Of a stretch of 46,705 nucleotides of DNA, positions 25,854 to 35,219 are shown piece by piece (position 1 is the stretch's first letter; each line of letters begins with the position of its first letter). This DNA is from a virus (Duplodnaviria; Caudoviricetes). The translations under genes and the position numbers were made by a program. A model generated the notes under the pieces. The model searched no databases, had not been told where the DNA came from, and saw nothing but the letters and a program-made list of their open reading frames with translations. The stretch is from positions 1 to 46,705 of the IMG/VR virus record IMGVR_UViG_3300017646_000183, one strand, 5' to 3'.

Positions 25854-26242
25854 GACGCCTCCCGGACGAGCTGACGCCACCGCGTGATCGTGCGCGGATG
25901 CACCTTGTAGGTCCGCGCGAGGTTCGCCGTCGACTCCTCGAACAGGCCCGGAATGTCCGGGATGCCCGCCGAATAGTGCGACCGGCCTTCCCGCTCAAGT
26001 CGACGCTCGTATCGCTCCTCGGGGGATAGCCCGCCGAACATGCCGGCCTTCGTGCCCGTCCGCTCGGCGAACGCGAGACACTGCTCCTTCACTCGACAGC
26101 CGCTGCAGACCGAACGCGCCACCGTGTAGTTGTCGCCCTGCTCGCGGACGAACAGATTCACGTCCTTGCCGAGGCACGCGGCGTCGTCCATCCACGGCTC
26201 GACCGGCTCCGCCGGCTCAAGGTCCAGTTCGGGAAGGATCAT
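25850..26242 (-). CDS. whiB: WhiB-family transcription factor with C-terminal HTH
   Basis: WMDDAAC...CSGCRVKEQC...GMFGGLSPEER. Confidence 0.92.
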   Translation of the reverse strand: MILPELDLEPAEPVEPWMDDAACLGKDVNLFVREQGDNYTVARSVCSGCRVKEQCLAFAERTGTKAGMFGGLSPEERYERRLEREGRSHYSAGIPDIPGLFEESTANLARTYKVHPRTITRWRQLVREAS

Positions 26243-26493
26243 GCGGCCCACGCCTCCCACTCGGTCTTCGCGAGCACGTCGCGGCAGTCGCGGCAGAGGA
26301 TGTGCACGCGCCGGCCGCCGTCGCACCCGCACCGGGGGCACAGTCCGTACTCGCGACGCGGGACCGCGCGCACCGGCGCCAGGCACGCCTCAGGACCGTC
26401 GACGGTCCACAGGCGGATCGGGTCGCCCCAGTCGTACCCGTCGAACGCGTCCAGCATTCGCGCGCGCGTCGCCTCGTCGAGGTCATCGGTCAC
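26239..26493 (-). CDS. Small Zn-finger protein
   Basis: CPRCG...LCRDCR; GTGA overlap. Confidence 0.55.
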   Translation of the reverse strand: MTDDLDEATRARMLDAFDGYDWGDPIRLWTVDGPEACLAPVRAVPRREYGLCPRCGCDGGRRVHILCRDCRDVLAKTEWEAWAA

Positions 26494-26645
26494 GACGAGA
26501 CCTGCTTCCACACGCGCCGCCAGTGCGGACCGAACTGCGAGACCTCGGACTCATCACGGCCCGGGCACTCCGGGTTGAACACGCCGAACGGGTTGTTGCA
26601 GGACCCGCAGTGCTCCACCCACTCGACGACGAACTCGCCGCCCAT
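26490..26645 (-). CDS. Small hypothetical protein (51 aa)
   Basis: MGGEFVVEWVEHCGSC...; overlaps at both ends. Confidence 0.45.
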   Translation of the reverse strand: MGGEFVVEWVEHCGSCNNPFGVFNPECPGRDESEVSQFGPHWRRVWKQVSS

Positions 26646-29269
26646 CACGCCGCCTCGCCGCTCTGCTCGGCGTCGAGCAGATCGAACAGCGACGGGATCG
26701 ACCGCTTCCGGTCCTCCTCGTGCTGATACATGACGGCGTCGCGGTGCGACGTCGGGTTCAGCTCGACACCGTACCCGCGACGGTCCAGCCGCCTCGCGCG
26801 CAGCGTCACCGTGCCAAGGCCCGAAAACGGGTCGAACACCAGCTCGCCCGGCATCGAGAACCGCTCGATCAAGCGGTCGACAATGTCGAACTGGAGCGGG
26901 CAGATGTGGAACTCGAGCGCGCGGCGGGACTGCTCACCGTTCAGCGTGAGCATCCGGTTGACGTCATGCCAGACGAACGGCGACCACGAACCCGGCACCA
27001 GCGACGCGAAGGTCGACGGCAACGCGTTCTTCGCGAGCAACCCCTCGCCGAGACGGACATGCTCCGCGTAGTCGTACACCGATTCGAGCGACTGCTTGGT
27101 GAACAGGCGCGAGCGCACCTCGGGCCGCAGCTCGACCAGCTCGTCGACGGTCAGCAGTCGGTCACCGCTCGAGCGCCAGTCCGCGGCCGCGTCGAGCTGC
27201 CACCGCGCGAGCGAGTATCTGGACTCGCCGCCCATCTGCTTCTCCGCGATCGGGAGCGCCTTCTGCTCCTGGCGGCTGAGCTTCACGACCCGCTCATCAG
27301 CCCACCCGACCGACCGGTCCGACTGGGGCTTGCCGAACAGGAGGATGTACTCGGGAGAGCCGACGCCGACGGCCGTCGAGTCCTCAAGCATCTTCGAGTA
27401 GCCGAGGCGGTAGGTCTGGTTGTTCTCGGCGACGACGTCGGTCGTCACCGTGATCATCCCGAAGTAGTCGAACCCGTGGCCGAGGTAGTGCGCGATCGCC
27501 TCCGCGTGGAACGGTGCGACCGTCGGCCGGCCGGTGCCGTAGACGTTGCCGTACCGGATCCGGTCCTTCACGTGCACGGCCATGATGCGGCCCGGCTTGA
27601 GCACGCGCAGGAACTCAGGGGAGGCGTAATCCATCTGCCACCAGAAGTGGTCGTTGTCGTCCGTGTGGCCGAAGTCGGCGTAGTTGAGCGAGTACTCGTA
27701 GTGGTTGCCGAACGGGATCGAGGTGACGATCAGGTCGACCGAGTCCTCGCCCATGTGATCCCGCGTCTCAGTGACACAGTCATTCAGCGACAGCGTCCAG
27801 TCCGCGCCCTGCTCCGTGTGACGTTCGACGCCCATCGCCCGGGTCAGCTCCCCGGAGACGGCGAGCGGGTTGAGGCCGAGCTCGCGGATGATGTCGCTCA
27901 TCCGTTCGGTGAGCTCGTCGTGCTCCTGCCATTTCGCCATGAGGACGTTGCGGACTTCGGACTCGGTCTCGGCGTAGATGAAGTGCACGGTGCAGGGGTG
28001 CTCCTGGCCGAAGCGGTGGATGCGGTACACCGACTGGATCGTCTCGGCGAACTTGTAGGTCACGCCGGCGAACACCGCGTCGCTGGCCTGCTGCAAGTTC
28101 AGGCCCGACCCGAGCATCATCGGCTTGCCGATCAGCGCGTAGGTGCCGCGGTCGCGCCACTCATCCAGACGCCGCTCGGCTTCGTCGTCAGAGAGGCCCC
28201 CGTGGACCGAGGAGAACGTCAGGCCGTCGGCGGCGAGCGCCTGCTCGATCGCGGTCTGCTCGTCGTTCAGGTGGCACCACAGGACGATCTGCTCGCCGCC
28301 GGCCGCGCGGTGTGCTCGCACGATCGCCATCAGCTTCGCGAGACGGTCGTGGATCGTGTCGCGCTTCTCCCGCGCGGACTCGACGCTCGACATTTTCCCG
28401 CCGCGGAACAGCCGACCCTGCCCGTCGCGCTCGACGAGATCCGACGCGATATCGGTCTCGACCTCATGCCACAGGACCTCGAGCGGCGGCAGGTCGTACC
28501 CCTCGTCCGAGAACCCGAGGTCGGAAGGGCGCTGGAGGAAGCATGCCCATGTGTTGAGCCACAGCCAGAACTCGCGTTCCTTATGCGGGTACAGGGTGAG
28601 CTCGCCGGCTTTCGTGCTGTCCCGCTGGAAGAACCGAGTCAGCGCCGCGCCGCGGTCCATGACGCCGAGGAAGCCGGCGTAGTTGATGAGTTCGAGGTGC
28701 TCGTTCGGCGACGGGGTCGCGGTCGCGACGAACCGGAATGGGACCTGGTCGAACAGGCTGAGGAACGTCTGCGTGGTCTCCGAGCCGTAGGACCGCAGTA
28801 CCGCGGCTTCGTCGAGGGACACCGCCACGAAGCCGGAGACGTCGAGGAGGCCGAGGCGAACGGACTCGTAGTTGGTGACGTAGGTCCCCGACCAGTCCGG
28901 GTCGATCTCCTCGGTGCGGCGAATGAATCGCACGTCGACGCCGAGGTGGTCGCGGCCGTCGCGGATGAACTCGCCGCGCACGCCCAGCGGAGCGACGATC
29001 AGCGCGGCGCCGCCGCGGTGGTGGGTGATCTGCCGAAGGATCTCCAACTGGATCACCGACTTGCCGAGACCGAAGCGGGCGAAGATCGCTCGACGGCCGC
29101 CAGCGATCGCCCACTGCACGAGCGCCGCCTGGTGCGGCTTGAGGACCGGGTGCAGGTCCCACGGGTTCACGTGGAACCCGAAGGACCGGTCGAACGCGAC
29201 CTTCTCCTTGAGGAACTCCTCGTACGTGAACTGGCCGGCGTTGCCGGTCTGCAGCGTCAGCGGGCTCAT
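26645..29269 (-). CDS. SNF2-like helicase fused to an N6/N4 DNA methyltransferase
   Basis: GLGKS, LDEAA, TATPSPN, RIHRFGQ; then TSIPF and FDPFSGLGT (beta-class order). Confidence 0.9.
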   Translation of the reverse strand: MSPLTLQTGNAGQFTYEEFLKEKVAFDRSFGFHVNPWDLHPVLKPHQAALVQWAIAGGRRAIFARFGLGKSVIQLEILRQITHHRGGAALIVAPLGVRGEFIRDGRDHLGVDVRFIRRTEEIDPDWSGTYVTNYESVRLGLLDVSGFVAVSLDEAAVLRSYGSETTQTFLSLFDQVPFRFVATATPSPNEHLELINYAGFLGVMDRGAALTRFFQRDSTKAGELTLYPHKEREFWLWLNTWACFLQRPSDLGFSDEGYDLPPLEVLWHEVETDIASDLVERDGQGRLFRGGKMSSVESAREKRDTIHDRLAKLMAIVRAHRAAGGEQIVLWCHLNDEQTAIEQALAADGLTFSSVHGGLSDDEAERRLDEWRDRGTYALIGKPMMLGSGLNLQQASDAVFAGVTYKFAETIQSVYRIHRFGQEHPCTVHFIYAETESEVRNVLMAKWQEHDELTERMSDIIRELGLNPLAVSGELTRAMGVERHTEQGADWTLSLNDCVTETRDHMGEDSVDLIVTSIPFGNHYEYSLNYADFGHTDDNDHFWWQMDYASPEFLRVLKPGRIMAVHVKDRIRYGNVYGTGRPTVAPFHAEAIAHYLGHGFDYFGMITVTTDVVAENNQTYRLGYSKMLEDSTAVGVGSPEYILLFGKPQSDRSVGWADERVVKLSRQEQKALPIAEKQMGGESRYSLARWQLDAAADWRSSGDRLLTVDELVELRPEVRSRLFTKQSLESVYDYAEHVRLGEGLLAKNALPSTFASLVPGSWSPFVWHDVNRMLTLNGEQSRRALEFHICPLQFDIVDRLIERFSMPGELVFDPFSGLGTVTLRARRLDRRGYGVELNPTSHRDAVMYQHEEDRKRSIPSLFDLLDAEQSGEAA

Positions 29270-29547
29270 GCGTTGCCTTCCAGGGGGATGAACTCGTACA
29301 GGTCCGGTGCCGGCCCGGTGGCCTTGCAGCGCGGGCACGTGATGGACACGAGCGGGTTGCGCGCCACCGCGACGTGGTGCGCGCACGTGGGGTCGAGGTG
29401 ACCGCACCGACGGCACCGCCCGTAGCTGACGGCCGGCCGGTGGCACTTCACCCACTCCCCGCCCGGATGCCGTTCACTCACCTCGCAGATGACTTCGAAG
29501 TCGAGATGGTCGATCGCCTCTGGTGCGAGCTGGTCGACGACGCTCAT
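29266..29547 (-). CDS. Cys-rich hypothetical protein
   Basis: CRRC, CAHH, CPRC. Confidence 0.6.
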   Translation of the reverse strand: MSVVDQLAPEAIDHLDFEVICEVSERHPGGEWVKCHRPAVSYGRCRRCGHLDPTCAHHVAVARNPLVSITCPRCKATGPAPDLYEFIPLEGNA

Positions 29548-29798
29548 GCGGTCCTCCACTCGCCGTAGGTGACCTCGCGGGTCACGATCTCGACGTCGAC
29601 CCCGCGACGTCGATGCAGGCGGGTCGCGGCCAGCGCCGCCTCGTAGGTGTCCCGCACGCTCGCCGCAACAGGGTCCGCGCCCGGCCGGGTGATCTTGACC
29701 GCGTATTGGACGGTGGGCGTGTCGGTCAGGAGGTTCGCCGACGTCACGGGTGCGCGTTCCTCAGGCGCTACCGCGCGGAGGTGACGTGCCGCGCTCAT
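29544..29798 (-). CDS. Hypothetical protein
   Basis: ATGA overlaps; ends IVTREVTYGEW. Confidence 0.55.
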   Translation of the reverse strand: MSAARHLRAVAPEERAPVTSANLLTDTPTVQYAVKITRPGADPVAASVRDTYEAALAATRLHRRRGVDVEIVTREVTYGEWRTA

Positions 29799-30259
29799 GC
29801 GAGCGCCTCAATGATCTGGGCGTCGACGGTCTCGTTGAAGCGGCGAAGTCCGAGCATCCCCCGGTAAGGGATCGGCGTCGCGAGCGCGCGGGGTCGCTCG
29901 AGAACGAGGTGGTAGATATCGCCGCGCTCGGCCCAGTGGGAGCAGACCGGCCAGCGGTCCTCAAGGGCCGTAGGGCAGGTGTGCGCGTGGTGAACGTCGG
30001 TGAGGTCGACGACGCCGATGATCGCGCCGCGGTGCTCGTTCCATGGCCACGGCTTCCGATGCCGGCGGCGGTGCATCTCGTCGAGCATCGCGTCCTCGAG
30101 CGGGCCGTCCTCCGGCCAAAACCGATCCCATGCGAGCCCGGCGTGGATCGCGATCGGTCCGCGGTAGTCCCCGGCGATGTTCCGTTTCCGGTTCTCGACG
30201 TCCTTGCCGCCGTGGATGATCGCCCAAGCCCAGGGCTGGCGAACGGTCAGGATCCTCAT
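29795..30259 (-). CDS. ASCH-domain protein
   Basis: LTVRQPWAWAIIHGGKDVENR...YRGPIAIHAG...GAIIGVVDL...RGMLG. Confidence 0.92.
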   Translation of the reverse strand: MRILTVRQPWAWAIIHGGKDVENRKRNIAGDYRGPIAIHAGLAWDRFWPEDGPLEDAMLDEMHRRRHRKPWPWNEHRGAIIGVVDLTDVHHAHTCPTALEDRWPVCSHWAERGDIYHLVLERPRALATPIPYRGMLGLRRFNETVDAQIIEALA

Positions 30260-30450
30260 ACCGGCACCACCCCGAGCTCGTAGCGCAACCCGTCCGGCAG
30301 TGGAGGCAGGCTGGTGGACTCACGGAACTGCTCGGCGAGGTTCTTCCGCACGAACGTCGCGATCCACTCCTGCTCGACGATCTCGCCGGCCGGGTTCACC
30401 TTCACGAGATAGACCTCGTGCGCGTCATGGAAGAAGCCCTGCGCGCTCAC
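30256..30450 (-). CDS. Hypothetical protein
   Basis: Coupled overlaps. Confidence 0.55.
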   Translation of the reverse strand: MSAQGFFHDAHEVYLVKVNPAGEIVEQEWIATFVRKNLAEQFRESTSLPPLPDGLRYELGVVPV

Positions 30451-32444
30451 TTCGCACGCTCCCCTCGGGCGACGTGACCGCTCAGTGCGGCGACAACGTG
30501 CCGACCGAGCCAGTGCGCGACGTTCGACGCGACGGCGTTGCCGAAGCCCTTCGTCCGCTCACCCTTGTTCCCCGCCACGGCGTAGCTGTCCGGGAAGCGC
30601 TGCGCGCGACCATGCTCGAGCGGACCGAGCGGACGGAACAGGCTGTTGAGCACGATCTCGTCAAGCTCCGCGTCAGTCAGTTGCGCGAGCTCGGGCGCCG
30701 GCTTCGCACCGCGAGCGCGACGGTACGGGATGACGAGCGAGTGGTTGCCGCCGCCGGACGCCGTGATCGGGTGCAGCGGCTCGTCGGGTCCGGTGTTCAG
30801 ATGCGCGACGCTCGCCCCGCGTGAGCCATAGGCCCGCGTGATGAATGCCCCGTCCGGGACGACGAGCGCGTGGTTGCGCCCCGTGGTGAGCGTCGCGAGC
30901 GCCTCGCTGTCGGTGGGGTGTGGGCGCCCGTTGCTGCGGAACATGGTGATGAGCGGCGGGATGACGAGCTGGTGATGGCCTCGACCGTTCGCGACGACGG
31001 TGCCGAGCGGCGCGTCGAGTGCGGGCTTCACCCGGCGCTGGTCGCCGCCCTTGTGGTCGTATCCGGCGACGATCATGGGCGGCAGGGCCAGCGCCTCAGC
31101 GTCGCGGGTGAGGCGGGTGCGGAGCGGAGCGTCGGTCGGGTATGCGGCGTCGTTCCAGGTGCCGCCCATCGGGACGACGAGGCCCTCGCCGATCTTCGTC
31201 GAGCGGGTCGGCAGCGGTGCTTCCTCGGTGAGGGCCTGTCGGCCACCGGCGTCGGCGCCGTGGTTCATGCCGACGAGGAACGGGGGCGTCGCGAGCGCAT
31301 CGCCGCTCGTCGTCATCCTCGGGTCGAGGGGTGCGCCGTCTGCCGGCGCGACCCGGTAGAACTTCCGAGGCTGGCCCTCGCTGGCCGCGTCGTACGTCTG
31401 GCCCGCGGCCGCCGCGACGACCGGGCGGCCGAACATGCGGATGCCCTCGCGGGTGCGGCGCAGCGTCGCCGGGGCGAGGTGATGCCAGCCGAGGGACTGG
31501 GTCTTCGCCTTGTCCGCGAAGAACTCCTTGAGCGGGCGATCGCCGATCCGGGTGCCGAGGTCGTTCCAGTCGATCGCCGCAGCCGCGGGGAGGACGAACG
31601 GCTCGACCGGGAACGACGGGTGTCGGTTGGCCGCGCAGACGTAGACGTACTGGGGGCCGAACTTCCCGATCCGGCGCCGGTCCTCGCGCTTCCACGACTG
31701 CCGAGACTCGACGACGGCCTCGCACTGGGAGCAGTAGGCGAGCGGGCGGGGCTCGATCACCGGGAACGGGATGCCCCGCTTGTAGAAGACGAAGTAGATC
31801 CGGTCCCGCCACTGGGGGGCGTGAGGGTTGAGCTCGTCGCCGATGTGGGCGGCGGTCACGCAGACGATCTGGTGCTCGTAGCCGAGGACCTCCATCGCGT
31901 GCAGCCACGCGTCGAACAGCGGCCACGAGGTGACCTCGACGACGTTCTCGACGACGACGACCTTGAACGCCTTCGCCTCGGCAGCGCGGACGACGTCCCA
32001 CATGGTCGCCCGCGAGCGCTCACCCGCTGCGGAGGCGACGTGCTCGTCGGGGAACAGCGCGTCAAGCTCGGCGCGGACCCGCTTGCGGCCGCCGGCAGGG
32101 GAGTGCCAGGTGCACTCAGGGCTCAGCCACGCGACATCGGCCTTCGGGACGCGGCGCATGTCGTAGCCCGAAATGTCGCCGAGGAAGTGATCCGCCTGAC
32201 CGAAGTTCGCCGCGTGGTTCTCGATCGCGAGATCCCAGTGGTTCGCCGCCCATACGAGCTGCAACCCCGCCTCGGTGAGCCCGATCGACGAGCCGCCGAA
32301 GCCGCAGAAGAAGTCCGTGAACGTGATGCCGGTCGGCGGGTACGGCGCGGCCCATGACTGCTCGAGGCGCCACAGCTCGTACTGGCGTTGCCGCTCTTCG
32401 TAAGCAGTCGGTCGCCGCTCTGCCACGTCAGTCGTCGCGGTCAT
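30447..32444 (-). CDS. DNA cytosine-5 methyltransferase (orphan)
   Basis: DFFCGFGG (I), SPEC (IV), ENV (VI), QWRDR (VIII), RAQRFP (IX), GNAV (X). Confidence 0.95.
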   Translation of the reverse strand: MTATTDVAERRPTAYEERQRQYELWRLEQSWAAPYPPTGITFTDFFCGFGGSSIGLTEAGLQLVWAANHWDLAIENHAANFGQADHFLGDISGYDMRRVPKADVAWLSPECTWHSPAGGRKRVRAELDALFPDEHVASAAGERSRATMWDVVRAAEAKAFKVVVVENVVEVTSWPLFDAWLHAMEVLGYEHQIVCVTAAHIGDELNPHAPQWRDRIYFVFYKRGIPFPVIEPRPLAYCSQCEAVVESRQSWKREDRRRIGKFGPQYVYVCAANRHPSFPVEPFVLPAAAAIDWNDLGTRIGDRPLKEFFADKAKTQSLGWHHLAPATLRRTREGIRMFGRPVVAAAAGQTYDAASEGQPRKFYRVAPADGAPLDPRMTTSGDALATPPFLVGMNHGADAGGRQALTEEAPLPTRSTKIGEGLVVPMGGTWNDAAYPTDAPLRTRLTRDAEALALPPMIVAGYDHKGGDQRRVKPALDAPLGTVVANGRGHHQLVIPPLITMFRSNGRPHPTDSEALATLTTGRNHALVVPDGAFITRAYGSRGASVAHLNTGPDEPLHPITASGGGNHSLVIPYRRARGAKPAPELAQLTDAELDEIVLNSLFRPLGPLEHGRAQRFPDSYAVAGNKGERTKGFGNAVASNVAHWLGRHVVAALSGHVARGERAK

Positions 32445-32938
32445 GACGCCGCCTCTATCGCTCGCCCAGTAAAGCCCGCTCGCTCGATCAGCAGCCGTTC
32501 GGCCTCCCGCCGCGACCGCGCCGTGACCTTCGCCGTCACCTCAAGCCCCGGTTCGCTCGCGACCTTCACGGTGAACTCCCGCGGCCGGCCCGGAGCACCC
32601 AGCGCGTTCACGAGACGGTCGAAGTCGCCGCACAGTCCGAGACGGGTCGCGAGTCGTGCCGCGTCCTCGAACAGCCACGCGATCCGCGGGTCGTCCGCCT
32701 CGATATCGCCAGGCGGGACCGCGCCGACCCGACGGGTCTCCACCATCACGTGCGACCGACGGATGCTGAACACGGGGGAGTACTTCGTCTTGCGGACGCT
32801 CAGCCACTCCGCGCTGCGCGTCGACGTGACCAGGAGCTCGTCACCCTCGCTGTAGTGCTCCCGCTCCCACCCGCGCGCGCGGTGGCCGCTTCCAGACTGA
32901 CGGGCGATCACCCAGTCGCCCTTCTCGATGCTCGTCAT
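32441..32938 (-). CDS. Hypothetical protein
   Basis: ATGA overlaps; GGAGG RBS. Confidence 0.6.
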   Translation of the reverse strand: MTSIEKGDWVIARQSGSGHRARGWEREHYSEGDELLVTSTRSAEWLSVRKTKYSPVFSIRRSHVMVETRRVGAVPPGDIEADDPRIAWLFEDAARLATRLGLCGDFDRLVNALGAPGRPREFTVKVASEPGLEVTAKVTARSRREAERLLIERAGFTGRAIEAAS

Positions 32939-33120
32939 CGGCCGGCCTCCGAGATCGCGACGCAGATCGCCGGGTCCTGCGAGAAGAAGCACCGCCAGTC
33001 CCCGCCGACGACCCAGAGGCGGAGCGCCACGCCGCCGCCGACGAACACGGCAATGGCGAGCACGGCGATGGCGATACCCATCCACTCGCCGCCCCAGTCG
33101 ACGTTCCTGCGCCGCTTCAT
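32935..33120 (-). CDS. Small membrane protein
   Basis: Hydrophobic MGIAIAVLAIAVFVGGGVAL followed by a Cys pair. Confidence 0.6.
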   Translation of the reverse strand: MKRRRNVDWGGEWMGIAIAVLAIAVFVGGGVALRLWVVGGDWRCFFSQDPAICVAISEAGR

Positions 33121-33698
33121 CGGACCCACCGGACCTTGTCCAACGCCGACAGATTGAGCGCCGGCAGGGACGCCTCCACGGGCTGGCCGAGGAGTCGAGC
33201 GCCGATCGCAGCCAAGACGAGAGCGTCAGCCTCGTCATTCGTCTGCACCTCCACGTCGAGGTAGCGGCGCACCACCGCGGCGAGGACCATGTCCTTCGAC
33301 GCGTTGCCCTTCCCCGTCGCGTACTTCTTCACCACCTGAGGGGTGACCTCGAGCACCGATGCGCCGGATTCGAGGAGCGCGCTGACGATCAGCCACCACG
33401 CGCCGGACCGGTCATGATGCGACCCAGTCGTCTGCCCGTAGGCGGGTGCTTCGATGACGATCAGGTCCGACGTCATCGCGGTCAGGTGCACTTCGTCACG
33501 GATCGACGCGAGACGTGCGTGGCGTGCTTCGAGCGTCGGCTCGGTGGCTTTCGTGACGATCGTGCGGGTCGACAGGGTGCCGGCGCGCAGCGTCGCCACA
33601 CCGGTGCCGGTCAGTGACGCGTCGACGCCGGTGACCGACGCTCCGGGGGTCGGGGGAGCGGTCTGGACCGTCTCCGACGCGGGAGAATAGGCAAGCAT
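33117..33698 (-). CDS. RuvC-like Holliday junction resolvase
   Basis: GVDASLTGTG, VIE, KKYATGKGNASK, NDEADA. Confidence 0.92.
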   Translation of the reverse strand: MLAYSPASETVQTAPPTPGASVTGVDASLTGTGVATLRAGTLSTRTIVTKATEPTLEARHARLASIRDEVHLTAMTSDLIVIEAPAYGQTTGSHHDRSGAWWLIVSALLESGASVLEVTPQVVKKYATGKGNASKDMVLAAVVRRYLDVEVQTNDEADALVLAAIGARLLGQPVEASLPALNLSALDKVRWVR

Positions 33699-33733
33699 TC
33701 TGGTTCCTTCGCAAGGGGACTTTGGGGTGTGAA

Positions 33734-33768
33734 GGGGGCTCAGCGGGCCGGAATCCTGCTGAGCCCCC
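33734..33768. terminator. GC-rich hairpin between early genes
   Basis: GGGGGCTCAGCGGG...CCTGCTGAGCCCCC. Confidence 0.55.
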
Positions 33769-33770
33769 GG

Positions 33771-34319
33771 TTATGCGGTCACGGGTTCGCGACCGCGGGG
33801 CACGACGTACTCGAAGCTGCTCTCACCAGCTCGGTCGAGACGGATCGCGGTCTTCGTGACCGCGCGCGTGAGCGTGGCTTGAAGATGCCTCGGCATCGGA
33901 AGCACATCGACTCGTTGAGTCGCCTGCTTCACGACTGCGACCGTGTCCCCGCGCGGCACCATCAGGCCCCAGCCGCGGGGAAGTTCCCCGTCCTTCACCA
34001 TCGCCTTATCCGCGATGACGAGCCAGAAGTAGTCGCAGTACTGCGCGAACGCCTCCGCCTTGCTCGGGTCCTTCATCTCGGTGAGCCAGTCGGCGCGGCT
34101 GATCTTCACCTCGTGACCGTGGAGCTTCGGCGCGGCCTCGGAGTTGAAGCTGCCGCCTGTCCACAGGTCGAAGACCATGTAGTCGCAGATGCGGCGGGCA
34201 TCGAACCCCGAGGTCACCTTCACGTGCTCCGCGCGAGTGAAGCGCATGCCGTTGCCGTTCCACTTGTCGTAGCGGCGATTCAGTCGGTCCAGCATCGACC
34301 GTTCGGTCTCGACGCTCAT
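33771..34319 (-). CDS. PD-(D/E)xK nuclease-fold protein (MmcB-like)
   Basis: RICD...GHEVKISRADW...CDYFWLV...ELPRGWGLM. Confidence 0.8.
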   Translation of the reverse strand: MSVETERSMLDRLNRRYDKWNGNGMRFTRAEHVKVTSGFDARRICDYMVFDLWTGGSFNSEAAPKLHGHEVKISRADWLTEMKDPSKAEAFAQYCDYFWLVIADKAMVKDGELPRGWGLMVPRGDTVAVVKQATQRVDVLPMPRHLQATLTRAVTKTAIRLDRAGESSFEYVVPRGREPVTA

Positions 34320-34600
34320 CGCTCACCTATCGGCCGCGTGGATCGCCACGCGCGCTCCAGCCGGCGAGCCTTCGAGAGGGCGCGCTTCACGACCTGCTCG
34401 AAGTCGCGAGCACCGAAGATGTACGGTGCCTGTCCGCGGCCGTCGCGGACCATGCCGCGCAGGTCGAGAACCCATCCATCCCCGGCGTGATTGCCGCTCG
34501 GGTAATACACGGGGCCGGGCTTCACCTCGTACGTGACGTCCAGCGCCCCCGAGACCACCCGCACCACCGCGGTCTCCTCTTCGATGACGGCGTCGATCAC
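34316..34600 (-). CDS. Hypothetical protein
   Basis: GGAGGT RBS before GTG. Confidence 0.55.
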   Translation of the reverse strand: MIDAVIEEETAVVRVVSGALDVTYEVKPGPVYYPSGNHAGDGWVLDLRGMVRDGRGQAPYIFGARDFEQVVKRALSKARRLERAWRSTRPIGER

Positions 34601-34761
34601 CGTGCACCTCCGCTCACGGCACCGTTGCGGGCGAGGTCCTTCGCGAGCACGAGTGCCCGCCGCAGCGCGACCCGCCAACGCCGCGAAGTCGAAATGATCG
34701 CGGCGCCATAGAGCACCGCCCACGGGGAATCCCCGCCAACGTGCTTCACCCGCGGCTTCAT
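34597..34761 (-). CDS. Small hypothetical protein (54 aa)
   Basis: ATGA and GTGA overlaps at both ends. Confidence 0.45.
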   Translation of the reverse strand: MKPRVKHVGGDSPWAVLYGAAIISTSRRWRVALRRALVLAKDLARNGAVSGGAR

Positions 34762-35219
34762 GGCGTGCTCCCGTCCGCATGGCCGCGATCCGCGGCGCGC
34801 CGGTTCGCATTCAGTGACCGGGCCGCCTCGAACTCACCGTCGATCGCGTCCAGACGCTTCCGCGCCAACCGCTCAAGCTGCTCCGCGAGCCGGTAGCGCA
34901 GGTGCGCGGCCTCTACCTCCGGGTCCGCGTCCGCCGCCGCGCGGCACATCTCGCCCGACTTTTCGCCGGCGACCCGGTGACGCAGCGTGACCTTCGCGTG
35001 CAGGGCGTCGTACGCCGCTCGTGCCTCGGCGAGCTCCTCGCCGTAACGGCCCATGTCCCAAAGGCACACGAACCGGATTGCGGAGATTCGACTCATCTCC
35101 GGCAAGCGACGCGTGCGCGAGAGCGCATCGACGAGGCGGCGGTGCAGCTCGTTGTCCTCGTCGGGCTCGAAGATGCCGAGCTCCGCGAGCGCAGCCGCGT
35201 ACTCAGGATCGAGCGCCAT
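34758..35219 (-). CDS. Helical hypothetical protein coupled to RecT
   Basis: TGATG overlap; ARSLNANRR end motif. Confidence 0.65.
   Translation of the reverse strand: MALDPEYAAALAELGIFEPDEDNELHRRLVDALSRTRRLPEMSRISAIRFVCLWDMGRYGEELAEARAAYDALHAKVTLRHRVAGEKSGEMCRAAADADPEVEAAHLRYRLAEQLERLARKRLDAIDGEFEAARSLNANRRAADRGHADGSTP

Noticed and set aside
26720-29401. 893-aa plus-strand ORF
   Set aside because: Antisense shadow of the helicase-MTase gene
26645-34319. Restriction-modification or BREX/DISARM-like defence system
   Set aside because: The MTases, helicase and nuclease-fold gene are interspersed with ordinary early lytic genes, and the other system components are absent
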